From positions 11,284,001 to 11,348,000 of the forward strand of contig NC_043004.1 of NCBI RefSeq assembly GCF_006345805.1: DNA of 64,000 nucleotides, written 5' to 3'. A model generated the notes under the pieces. The model had not been told where the DNA came from, searched no databases, and saw only the letters and a program-made list of their open reading frames with translations. The DNA is from Octopus sinensis (taxonomy: Eukaryota). Numbering within the stretch: the stretch's first letter is position 1; each line of letters opens with the position of its first letter. The position numbers and the translations under genes are program-made. Positions 53,800 to 64,000 of the stretch are shown piece after piece.

Positions 53800-54346
53800 T
53801 TGGTCTGTGAATTTTATTTCGATAAAACTTTACTGAGCCATAGGTTAGAAAACTCGTAACTGATATCGGTCTCTCTTTTTATCGTTCTTCGCGCGTAGGA
53901 ACTATAGAGATTCGATCTGTAAATAGATTTTAAGAAGTTTTTATCAGAGATGTCTAATCCTTATAAACTTCTGTGTTAAAGCCATAGAATACTTTTAAGA
54001 TACTAGAGTATTCCATTATTTCAGTTTTGGGGCGGTAAATTAATTTTTTGTTTTCAAATTATTTTAACACATTCCTCATAAATGTTAAATAATGTTCATT
54101 AGTTTCGTCAGAGAGCATTGCATATAGTTATTCACTTGCATGATTCTTGCCAAAACCAGAAGATGCCATTCGCAAATGCGGTTTTAATGTGTCCCAATTG
54201 CTAAGTATTCTTTATACATTGTTGCTTCCCTCTAACAATCTTACGATTGAAAAGTGAATAATTTTCAGCAGAACTTCTTCATCATTGATTGATTGATTGA
54301 CATTATTGTACGTTAATGTACAATAAGAAAGATAGATAGATAGATT

Positions 54347-54414
<68 letters not shown>

Positions 54415-54619
54415 AGCAGCAATAACATTTTAGAGAATCAAGTTTGGATTATTTAATTTTACTCACTTGTGAAGAAAATTGTTAATGTCACGAATGTTTT
54501 GAAGTTCTGAGCCTTGCAATAACAAATCAGTTTTTCTTTTTATTTCTAAAACCTAACACCACTTAAAACTTGCTTCATGTCCAAATGCAATATTAATACT
54601 AAACATCTTGATACACAAA

Positions 54620-55160
54620 TTTATTTTGTACTTTATTGCATTATCGAACAGAAAGAGGAGGATACGCGTCCAAATTCAGAGAAGACGTACTGTTACATCT
54701 GTTATAATTTGTTCTTTTAGAAAGGATGGAATAATAACATTTTTAAATGAGCCGAGCTGTTCCCTCATTTTATTTGATAGAAAATCAGCTTCAATTGCTG
54801 ATAAAGGAATTCCTTGTTTATAACTTATACTAAATGATCGACTCTACAATTGCTTGCACGACATGTTGCAATTCTGCCTAAATGTAGTTCTAATTCCAAT
54901 ATTTTTCTGCAGGAGAATGAGCTTGGATAGTTTGCTGCGAATTCGAGTTTATCGCATAACCTGTTAATGTTCAGTTAAAAGAAGCATATTCTGATTACTA
55001 CTGGGATTTATTTGTACCACACAATTTCAAAATTGTTGATCCAGTTGCGAGGATATTCGATACGTTTTGTCGTATTTTGACTGACATGTAGAATTGTTAA
55101 ACGCAGAATTAAGTCCTTGAATTTTACAATAATGACGGTGGTTCTGTAACTTGGTTCTCC
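54620..55160 (-). mobile_element. Possible heavily decayed Helitron PIF1 helicase remnant
   Basis: Ordered fragments across frames (EYP..WIN, MLL..LN..GLC, RI, KQ..FS..INK, EQL..GSFKN) resemble the Helitron helicase C-terminus; very degenerate. Confidence 0.3.
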
Positions 55161-55379
55161 AAAAATATGCATTTACAGTATAAATGAAAATATTTAACAT
55201 TATTCACAGCAGATTTAATTTAATTTGTTTATGCTGCTAATTTACCCAAAATATCATTATTTTAAATAAAATAGATATGTAGCGGGTATTTTACACACAC
55301 CGTCATATGAAATATTTATCTAGCACCCAAAGTAGAAGTGAAACCCAAATTAAACAAAAGAGCGAGAAGAACTGAAAGC

Positions 55380-55995
55380 TAACGTATTGCTTTCAAATCT
55401 TGGCGTATGAAAGCAGTTTTGGAAGAGGGGGTAAGAGGATTAAGTCGACCACAGTGTTCAATTGGTACTTATAAATTGGTATTTATTTTATAGATCTCGA
55501 AAGGATGAAAAGCAAACTCGACCACGTTGGAGTTTGAGCTCAGATTGTAAAGATGGACAAAATGTCGTTAAACATTTAGCTCAGCGTGCTTTGATTTCTT
55601 TTCTACTCTAGGCTGAAGGCCCGAAATTTTGGGGAAGGGGCCAATCGATTAGATTGACTTCAGTACGCAACTGGTACTTAAGTTATCGACCCCGAAATGA
55701 TATATGACAAACTCGACCTTGGCGGAATTTGAACTCAGAACGTAAAGACAGACGAAATACGGCTAAGCATAGAGGGGACAAACAGACAAAGGGATTAAGT
55801 CGATTACATCGACCCCAATGCGTAACTGGTGATTAATTTATCGATCCCGAAAGGATGAAAGGCAAAGTCGACCTCGGCGGATTTGAACTCAGAACGTAAA
55901 GACAGACGAAATACTGCTTAGCATTTCGCCCAGCGTGCTAACGTTTCAGCCAGCTCGCCGACTTCAGCGTGCTTTGAATTCTGCTAGGCCGCCTC
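55380..55995 (-). mobile_element. Nested cluster of Nin-like SINEs
   Basis: Three repeats of CGAAAGGATGAAAGGCAAAGTCGACCTCGGCGGATTTGAACTCAGAACGTAAAGAC-like blocks. Confidence 0.8.
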
Positions 55996-56370
55996 TTTAG
56001 AAAGATCTAATTTTGTCAGACATACACACCAGGAAATTTTAATCAAAATTAGCCTGATGTTGCTGAAAGAACGTTTTAGAAAAAGATTTGGTATAATATT
56101 TAGCCTATTAATCTCTCGTCACCGCAATCCGACCTATTTTCTTTATATCAAAGTAAAGATTTTCTAAATCTTGCCGGCGAAATCGGGGTAATTGCGTGCA
56201 ATTACGGAAAATTTCAATTATTATGCTTATGTGAAATTAGAGCAAATCATGCGTGTGCGTGTGTGTGTGTGTGTGTTTATCAACATATGTAAATATATAC
56301 ATATACATACACATGTATATAGTGACACACACACACACACATATATACATATATATGTATGTATACGTTG

Positions 56371-56441
<71 letters not shown>

Positions 56442-56553
56442 AAAAAGAGTGAATAAAACTACAGAAGATTTGTGTTATGTGGTTAAAGAATATATTTAAA
56501 TCGTTATGTTAGAAAAATGTTAGGCAATTTTGCGTATAGAAACATAGATTTTG

Positions 56554-56592
56554 GAGAAATAACCAGTTTCGTATTTTCTTTTCAAATTTCTC
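56554..56592 (-). ncRNA. Hammerhead motif with U3-A8 core
   Basis: GAGAAAT-TTGAAAA-GAAAATAC-GAAACTGGTT-ATTTCTC. 7-bp stem I; stems II and III are decayed. Confidence 0.6.
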
Positions 56593-56828
56593 AGATTTCT
56601 TTACCTATATCGTGTCATGTCTTCGCTATGTTGTGAAATATGGAGTTCCAGGCAGGGGAAGGTAATCAGGGATTTTTTCCGGTATAAGGGAGATAATCAA
56701 ACATGTTGGGAATGACTAGGCTTGATTAATTAAACATGATTTGGTTTAGAAGGAATAGAATGTTACAAGTTGTTAGATTTTGCTTTATATTTCATATTCA
56801 ATGAGGTGAGTTTCCTTATTTAAAAATG

Positions 56829-56975
56829 TTAGAAGTGGTTAAGTTTTGGCTTATATTTTTCAATGAAGATGGTTTCCTTATTTAATCTAATTTGTGCTGG
56901 TGTTCCAATGGCACATTGATAGAATGGAAAAATTATAAATTGTGGCAGTAGTTGCTTTGCGCATTTCTCAATATG
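56829..56975 (-). pseudogene. Penelope GIY-YIG endonuclease C-terminal fragment (48 aa)
   Basis: HIEKCAKQLLPQFIIFPFYQCAIGTPAQIRLNKETIFIEKYKPKLNHF*, with the H...R..KE..FI....P.LN signature of PLE GIY-YIG domains. Confidence 0.8.
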
Positions 56976-59688
56976 TCATGTTTTGTGTATGTTAAGCCTC
57001 GCAGAGCCCATCTCTTTCCAGGTCTGAGAGCAACTTATTTTTTCGAAGATAAATAAAAAGAATAGATTTCAGCTCTTGACTTGTGCATTACATATTGGCA
57101 CTGAAAGTATGGCTGGCAAAGCTGACCTCTGCGGCATTTGACCTGAAAGTGAGAATATAAGAAATTCTATCCGACGTTCTGACGACTTTGGTATTTCACC
57201 ACCTTCTGTGGATGACAACTAATGTTTAGGATGTATGCATCCTTTCACCACCTTATTTATATTCTCCAAGAACAGAGTACAAATCAATTAATAAGGTGTT
57301 TCGTTGATAGTTGTTATTTCTGTTATATTACGGTTTTGGATCATATATTCCTTTCTCCTGAGTTTGCGACGATTTTGTGTTTATCATATTTAGATGAGTA
57401 ATCTTAATTATCGTTCTGTTTAAGGGAGAGCTGCTGTAATTATTTAACAGAACAGGGACTTGAAGCGATTTGCTATGAAAACGATTTTTCAAATGATGCG
57501 AGAAAATGCTCTAAAACAAAATTTCATCACAAACTTTATCTTCCTAATTCAGAAAAATAAAAAATGTTTTTCTTCCTTTCTCGTTCATCTTGTTTCATTA
57601 TCTAAGTATGTTTTCTTCTTTTATACTTCTGTAAAGCCGACGCAAACTTGTTATTTATTTTATTTTCCAAAAATACAGTTAGCCATTGTGAACACATCCC
57701 AAATGGCTGATCAGTATCAGTGGTCAAAATTGATTCGTCATTTGTCTAAGAAATTTGGCGAGTACTTCTGAAACTAATTCTGCTATGATTACTACTCAGA
57801 CACTTGCAGCTGCTTCTGTAATTCCAATACTTTCTTCAGAGGGAAGTGACATGGGAGATAGCTTGATTACGTGATGGCAGCTCCAATTCTTTTATTTGTG
57901 CAATGAATTGTTTCTATGATAGTATGATCAGAATGCGTTTGACAACTCTTAAATGGTTGATTTGTGGTTAGTAGCGACAAGTTATGGTTAGTTATGCGCC
58001 AAAGTGTTCATTTGTCTTTTTTCTATTATGTATTGCAGATATTTTTATATTCTATCATATTCTATCTAATAATAGGAATCAATATCACCGTTATCTTCTG
58101 AAATTCAAAGATTCACACCATATGTATTTATTACTCTTACTGAGTAGAATAGATGCGATGACATTGAAAGGACTCTTCTTTGGAAAGTTATAGTTGTTCA
58201 TAGTCCGACTATAATCCAAGCTATTCAAATAATGAATGTCTGCTAGTCTATAGATAGAGAAAATAATCAAATTTTGTCTGCAGAAGATTGATTTGTAAAA
58301 TGACAGAATCATTTCCATATTTAGTGGTATATACCATACATTAAAATTTCTAGTTTGATTTTGTAGCTCAGCATCAAAATTACTGATTTCTCTCCAACAG
58401 TAATTTTCCCCTTAATAATTTCAAAGAGCAAGTTAAAAGCCAATTTAATATCTTTGACCAGTTAAAGTCCAGTTCTGGACTGGACACATTAGACAAATCT
58501 CATAAAACACGACATATGAATCGACATTCGTTAAAGGTGTTTGATCATGATACCGTTTCGGTTAAAAAGGCGGTAGATTACAGAATGGTTGGAACATCGG
58601 ATGCATTACCATACATTCCTTTATGTTATTAATTCTAATCACGTCGAATTTAACTTTGATTTACTTCCCTCTATCGACTATATAAACCTCAGCAGTTACC
58701 GAGGATAATACAAAATACAGTTCCGTCCTTAAAATTTGTGGAATTTTGACAATATTTAAATTTAATATAATTGCATTTAACTGGTCAATATTTTTCATGA
58801 TAAGTCTTGGTATGTCTCAATACTATTTTTCATAATAAAGTTTGGTAGCAACTGTATAAGTGTCTTAAAGTCATTAAGTTTGATAGCGTGTTTAATACAG
58901 TAGTGAAAATTGCAAATGAGATAATAATAAATGAAATGACGTTAGTTAGCGAGATCCTATTATTTGTAATTTTATTAGTGTAAAACTTCCACTATTCCAG
59001 ACCTGGAATATTGGTACAAGTTTCTCTAAAAGACAGTTCTGTTGAAGGATTGTCTTATCCAAAATGTGGTGGAGTCGTATGTTGTTTGTTGTCTGAAAAT
59101 ATTCATAAGACATTTAAAAGCTGTGTGTTAGTATACCATGTAAGGTGTTATTTAAAATGTTATGCTACAATGTCAGATGTCAACGAATTCAGCAACATGT
59201 ATTTTATAACTGGCTCTATTTTAAACATAAAATGTAACCAATTTTATGCCTTTAGAAGTGTTTATAATTTAATCAGAGATAGCTCAATCCGTCAATATGT
59301 GATGATGAATATTGTAATTATTCATTGCATAATTCCGTAATTAAGATATTCATTTTGCAATAATAATTCCTTTCCATAGTCAGTGACGTAGCTAGAATAT
59401 ATGTTCTCCGGGGCAATCCTTCATTTGGCCGCCTCTCTGACCAGTAAGCTTATACAGTCCTATATCGCATACCACAAATTACCACACCTATACAAGTGTC
59501 ACCCGGGATGATGTTACTGCCCACAACACGGAACCTTATGTAAATATTTCAGTTGGGCTCGAACATTTGTGAGCGAAAATGTATCTCCAGAAATTTCACA
59601 GTAATCCGCCGGATAATCCTCTAATTTCAAGTGTTCAAACTTGTCTAATAGCGAATGGCACATTAAATGGTTTAGGGGAATAATATAC

Positions 59689-59987
59689 CAGTTTTATCGT
59701 AAAACATATTTGCCAACTAAATGTGGCAGCCCCATAGAAAACGATGCTACTCTTGTTTTTAGCCCCAGGAAGTCATCTTCTCCAGCTGGCCAACGACACA
59801 CAGTCTGTGTCCGATTAGTATTTGCGAGGGAGGTCATCGCTCCCATTCCCAAATACTAATCAGATACAGACTGTGTGCTGTTGGTCAGCTGGAGGAGATG
59901 TCTTCCTGGTGCTAAAAACAACATTAGCACTGTCCTCTCTAGGACCGCCACGTTTAGTTGGCAAATATATTTTACGATTCTGTACTG
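59689..59987. mobile_element. Fold-back MITE (~300-bp imperfect palindrome)
   Basis: ATCGTAAAACATATTTGCCAACTAAATGTGGC...GCCACGTTTAGTTGGCAAATATATTTTACGAT; the arms pair almost to the centre at ~59835. Confidence 0.8.
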
Positions 59988-60973
59988 TTACTGTTTATCT
60001 CTCGCTCAGAGATTAAATATAACTACCACATTTAGTTGTAGTTTAGCACATCGAATGCCCAGAATATTCGTACTTCGAAACGGCCGTAAGTGTTCAATAA
60101 GTAGTGTTAACCAATCTAATATCTTTTCTAGCTTCTATGCCAACATTGTAGTTATCTATGAAAGTTTTGAACATCTTTTTCTATATCACGTTTCATAAGT
60201 TCAAACTCACAATTAACAGCATATATGAAAAATTTCCTATTAATTTCTAATACAGTTTTACGTAATATAGCGTTTTTAGCGATATCATATTTTAATAAAC
60301 CAGCTCTTCGGGAGAACTGACCAAATATAACTCTAATTGCTAGCGGGCTGGCTAACAACGCAGCTAATTGGCAATATTAAAGGTCAACGGGTTACTTCAA
60401 ATTTAGAAAAAGAAATTAAAACGCAGAAACAAGACAATCGCGAAATGAAGTTATTTTGAAAGAAAATAATGTGAACTAAGACTCGCACAACATAATTATA
60501 TTCTCATTGGAATATAGGAGATGATGCTTAATGAATATTATCATCTATTTAGAGAACAATATTTTGGTTACAGATTTAGTAGAATCGGACAAGAAAAAAT
60601 ATGAAGACGATATATATATATGCGTATAGAAAATATATATACATAAATATAAAGGCTAGTAGAGTTAGCGGTTGGAATAACCGTCTAAGGGATAAGGATA
60701 TCCGTTTTACTACCGGTATAAATTACCTATGTCAACCCTGGGCATACATATGCCAGCATATTATGATCATAGGATATAGGCAATAACCAAAATTAACAAG
60801 AGTTTATCAGGAGTCAAATTTTAATTAAACAGAAAACGAAGAAATTCTTGATCAAGAAAAAATTGACTACCATCGATTATTAATTTTTAATACAAAGCTA
60901 TACATATAAGTAACATGTGGTATATTATAATATTATCTTAATTCAAGGTATAATCGTATGTTTCCTGTACCTG

Positions 60974-61066
<93 letters not shown>

Positions 61067-62092
61067 TATATAGGCATATAAACATATAACATATACAAAT
61101 ATATCTGCACACAGGCACACGTATACATATGTACATAAATATATGTATGTATGTATGTATGATGTGAATGTCAAGGCGATTTTAGCACATTTTATTAGTA
61201 GGACCAGAGGTCTGAGAATGCTGGAAGATTTATACTGAATGCTACCAGGAAATGATGTAGTGAATGGAGGATGATATTATCCAGTGCGTTCTTCCTCAGT
61301 TTTGAAACAATAAAGTGGGATTCGATCGAAGTTTTACTGCTATTCCAAGCAGTCTGGAGGTCTACCTAGTGTTATGCTCTTTTGGCTGCCGTCTAGTATG
61401 TACTAAATCGCTTTATGAACATGATTAACTTCTACATATTGCAGCCTTGCTTTCGAAAAGGGCAATGAACCGTCACACTAAATTCCACACATTCTAATCT
61501 CGTGTTAATTAATAACTTTTAATTATATTTCTCTTGCCATAGAGCTTCAATACCTTTACAAGTTTTGGTGGTGGCATCGAGATATAAATATTATTTTGGT
61601 CATCCAGCACAAATGGAGCCCATCTCTTCCCATGTATGACTATAGCCCATTTTTTTCCAGCGATTGAAGGATAAATGCCTAGATGGATAGAGTGGAAGAG
61701 AGAGAAGGACAAAGCGAGAGAGAGAGAGAGGGAGAGAGAAAGCGAGCGAGCGAAAGAGAGAGAGAACGTGAGAGAAGAGAAGAAATATTCCATTTCTTAC
61801 AGCGATCGAGAGATAGGCAGATACATACAGTGATAGACATAGATAGAGGGCGAGAATGAAATGGAGAAAGAAGGAGAGAGAGAGAGAGATGATGATGATG
61901 AACTTATTACTGGTACTTCATCTTTTTTAGCTCATCCGCAATCCCACTACAAATGACACGCAAAACCGGACGCAGCGAACTTTGAAAACAGAGCAAGGGT
62001 GGAAGAAACATTTTGTAAACTATAACATCCAACGCTCAAGCGACTCTCCAAATTCATTATGTTACTTCACTAATGCCACATCTGTGAAAGCA

Positions 62093-62442
62093 CGCCGGCC
62101 CAGTGGTTAAGGCAGCGGACTCGCAATTTCGATTCCCAAACCGAGCGTTGTGAGTGTTTATTGAGTGAAAACACCTAAAGCTCCACGAGACTCCGGCAGG
62201 TGGCGGTGGCGATCCCTATTGTACTCTTTCGCCATAACTTTCTCCCACTGTTTCTGCTGTACCTGAATTTCAAAGGGGCCAGCCTTGATACGTTCTGTGT
62301 CACGCTGAATCTCCCCGAGAACTACGTTAAGAGTACACCTCTCTATGGAGTGCTCAGCCACCTGCACGTTAATTTCGCGAGCAGGCTGTTCCATTGATCG
62401 GATCAACTGGAACCCTCGTCGTCGTAACCGAAGGAGCCCACG
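62093..62442 (+). mobile_element. tRNA-derived SINE
   Basis: GGCCCAGTGGTTAAGGCAGCGGACTCG head as at 14989. Related pieces lie on the minus strand at ~27075-27148 (tail) and ~9120-9215 (body). Confidence 0.75.
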
Positions 62443-63136
62443 ATGAATGTTACATGTGTTACTATGATACTGCTTATTATTCATTATACTTAAGCAACTA
62501 TCATATATAGTATTTTTTCTTAAGCTTAATTATTCATGCACATTGTTTAAATATTTTTTTTATCACCCAGTACTGTAACTATCATGTTATTTAACTCAAG
62601 TTATTTCTCAACATTAAACAAGTAAGCCAATACTGTTGTTGACGTTGATGTTATTGTTGTTGTTGTTGTTTTTGTTGCTGTTGTTGTTGATTAACCCCAG
62701 AGCAGCTCTATCGACTAGATCTATAACCAGATATATTCCGACAGTGATAGTATCATCCAATTTTCAGACATAACGTATCTACCACATCAAATATTTAAAA
62801 AGTCTCCGCCGTTGATATTCTGCCTCTTTCAGCTCTGATAAACGTGAATTATGATGAAAGCTGTTTCCAGCTCTGAAACTCTTGCCTTTATCAGGAGTCT
62901 ACAGGTATATCTTATAAAAGTGAGCTGTTTGAAGATAGTAACGTGTGAATTAAGGGTGGCTTTTGAGTCTATTTCTGTCAGATCAAGCGAATACATAAAG
63001 GCTTTCACGTTTTCATATATTCAGCCCCGGTAGCTATAATAGAAAATTGGTGAATTGGTAATCAACTGATCAAAACCGAGTCGGCGAATAGGCTTTGTTC
63101 ATGAACCTTCAACTTGGTATAAATCGATGGACATAT

Positions 63137-63545
63137 AGGTGTAGGAGTGACTGTGTGGTAAGTAGCATGCTTACCAACCACATGGTTCAGGGTTCAGCCC
63201 TACTGCGTGGCACTTTGGGCAAGTGTCTTCTACTATAGCCTCGGGCCGACCAAAGCCTTGTGAGTGGATTCGGTAGATGGAAACTGAAAGAAGCCCGCCG
63301 TATATATGTATATGTACATATATGTGTGTGTGTGTGTGTGTGTGTTTGTCCCCCACCAACATCGCATGACAACCGATGCTGGTGTGTTTACGTCCCTGTA
63401 ACTTAGCAGGTCGGAAAAAGACACCGATAGGATAAGTCCTAGGCTTACAAAGAATAAGTCCTGGGGTCGATTTGCTCGACTAAAAGGCGGTGCTCCAGCA
63501 TGGCCACAGTCAAATGGCTGAAACAAGTAATAGAGTAAAGAGTAT
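63137..63545 (+). mobile_element. Full-length tRNA-derived SINE with CR1-like tail
   Basis: Head GGAGTGACTGTGTGGTAAG...GGGTTCAGCCC, CORE-like TTGGGCAAGTGTCTT, internal (TG)n, tail GGCGGTGCTCCAGCATGGCCACAGTC...CTGAAAC. Confidence 0.85.
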
Positions 63546-64000
63546 ATTACAACCTATTGTTTTAAAAAAATGTAGTGACGCATTCGATAATGCAGTCCGC
63601 GATAAAACAACATTCAAATGGACGACTGGATGGTCACGGCCAGAATGTCTTTCAACATCGTTCTTCTACATAATGACTGACCTGGTACTAAACCATAGCA
63701 ATAAAAACAATTGATCCCATTAGTTACATCTTTGTCATGTAATAGTTTTCGCATTCTCGCATTGAAAAATTCTAACAATAGAACCGCTTCCTTTCACTGC
63801 TGCTGATTTTGCTGTTCATGGAAGCTTATTTGCAAATATATATGACCATTGTGTCTCTCCACATCGCTCTTTCAGAAATATTTTCTAAATATATTTCTGA
63901 ATATTTGACATTATATTCAATTTTATTTGTGTATATTATCTTCTCTAACTGATCTTCACATACACTGAGAAATCATTCCTAATTGTCTAATTGTCATGTT

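Larger units (their letters stand above)
56436..56980 (-). mobile_element. Penelope-like element 3' end (pLTR): GIY-YIG C-terminus, 3' UTR, hammerhead, (TA)n
   Basis: Coding remnant 56829-56975 and HHR 56554-56592 lie on the same strand; the element ends in (TA)n. Confidence 0.8.

Noticed and set aside
57700-57900. Exon-like stretch SETNSAMITTQTLAAASVIPILSSEGSDMGDSLIT
   Set aside because: No recognisable homology and no clear splice sites.

Overview
AT-rich, repeat-dominated non-coding DNA from an animal. It is most likely an octopus or other coleoid cephalopod, inferred from the extreme (TA)n/(TACA)n/(GATA)n/(TAA)n load, the tRNA-derived SINE families and a divergent 18S rRNA fragment. No host protein-coding exon could be supported; almost all listed ORFs are microsatellite artefacts. 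Recognisable content: a near-intact IR/DR Tc1 (DD34E) transposon, a decayed Tc1, pogo/Tigger and hAT MITEs, LINE fragments (Tx1-like, CR1-like, R4/Dong-like), many SINEs and a ~110-bp 18S rRNA fragment. The main signal is a set of short (TA)n-embedded Penelope-like/retrozyme-like elements carrying minimal type I hammerhead ribozyme (HHR) motifs with palindromic stem III. These include (i) a ~557-bp tandem-plus-inverted concatemer whose inversion junction falls at the predicted self-cleavage site, (ii) families with all three of C3-G8, U3-A8 and G3-C8 at the catalytic-core pair, (iii) a U3-A8 HHR downstream of a Penelope GIY-YIG C-terminus, and (iv) a tRNA-head + HHR composite. All structures were read by eye; ribozyme activity is untested.
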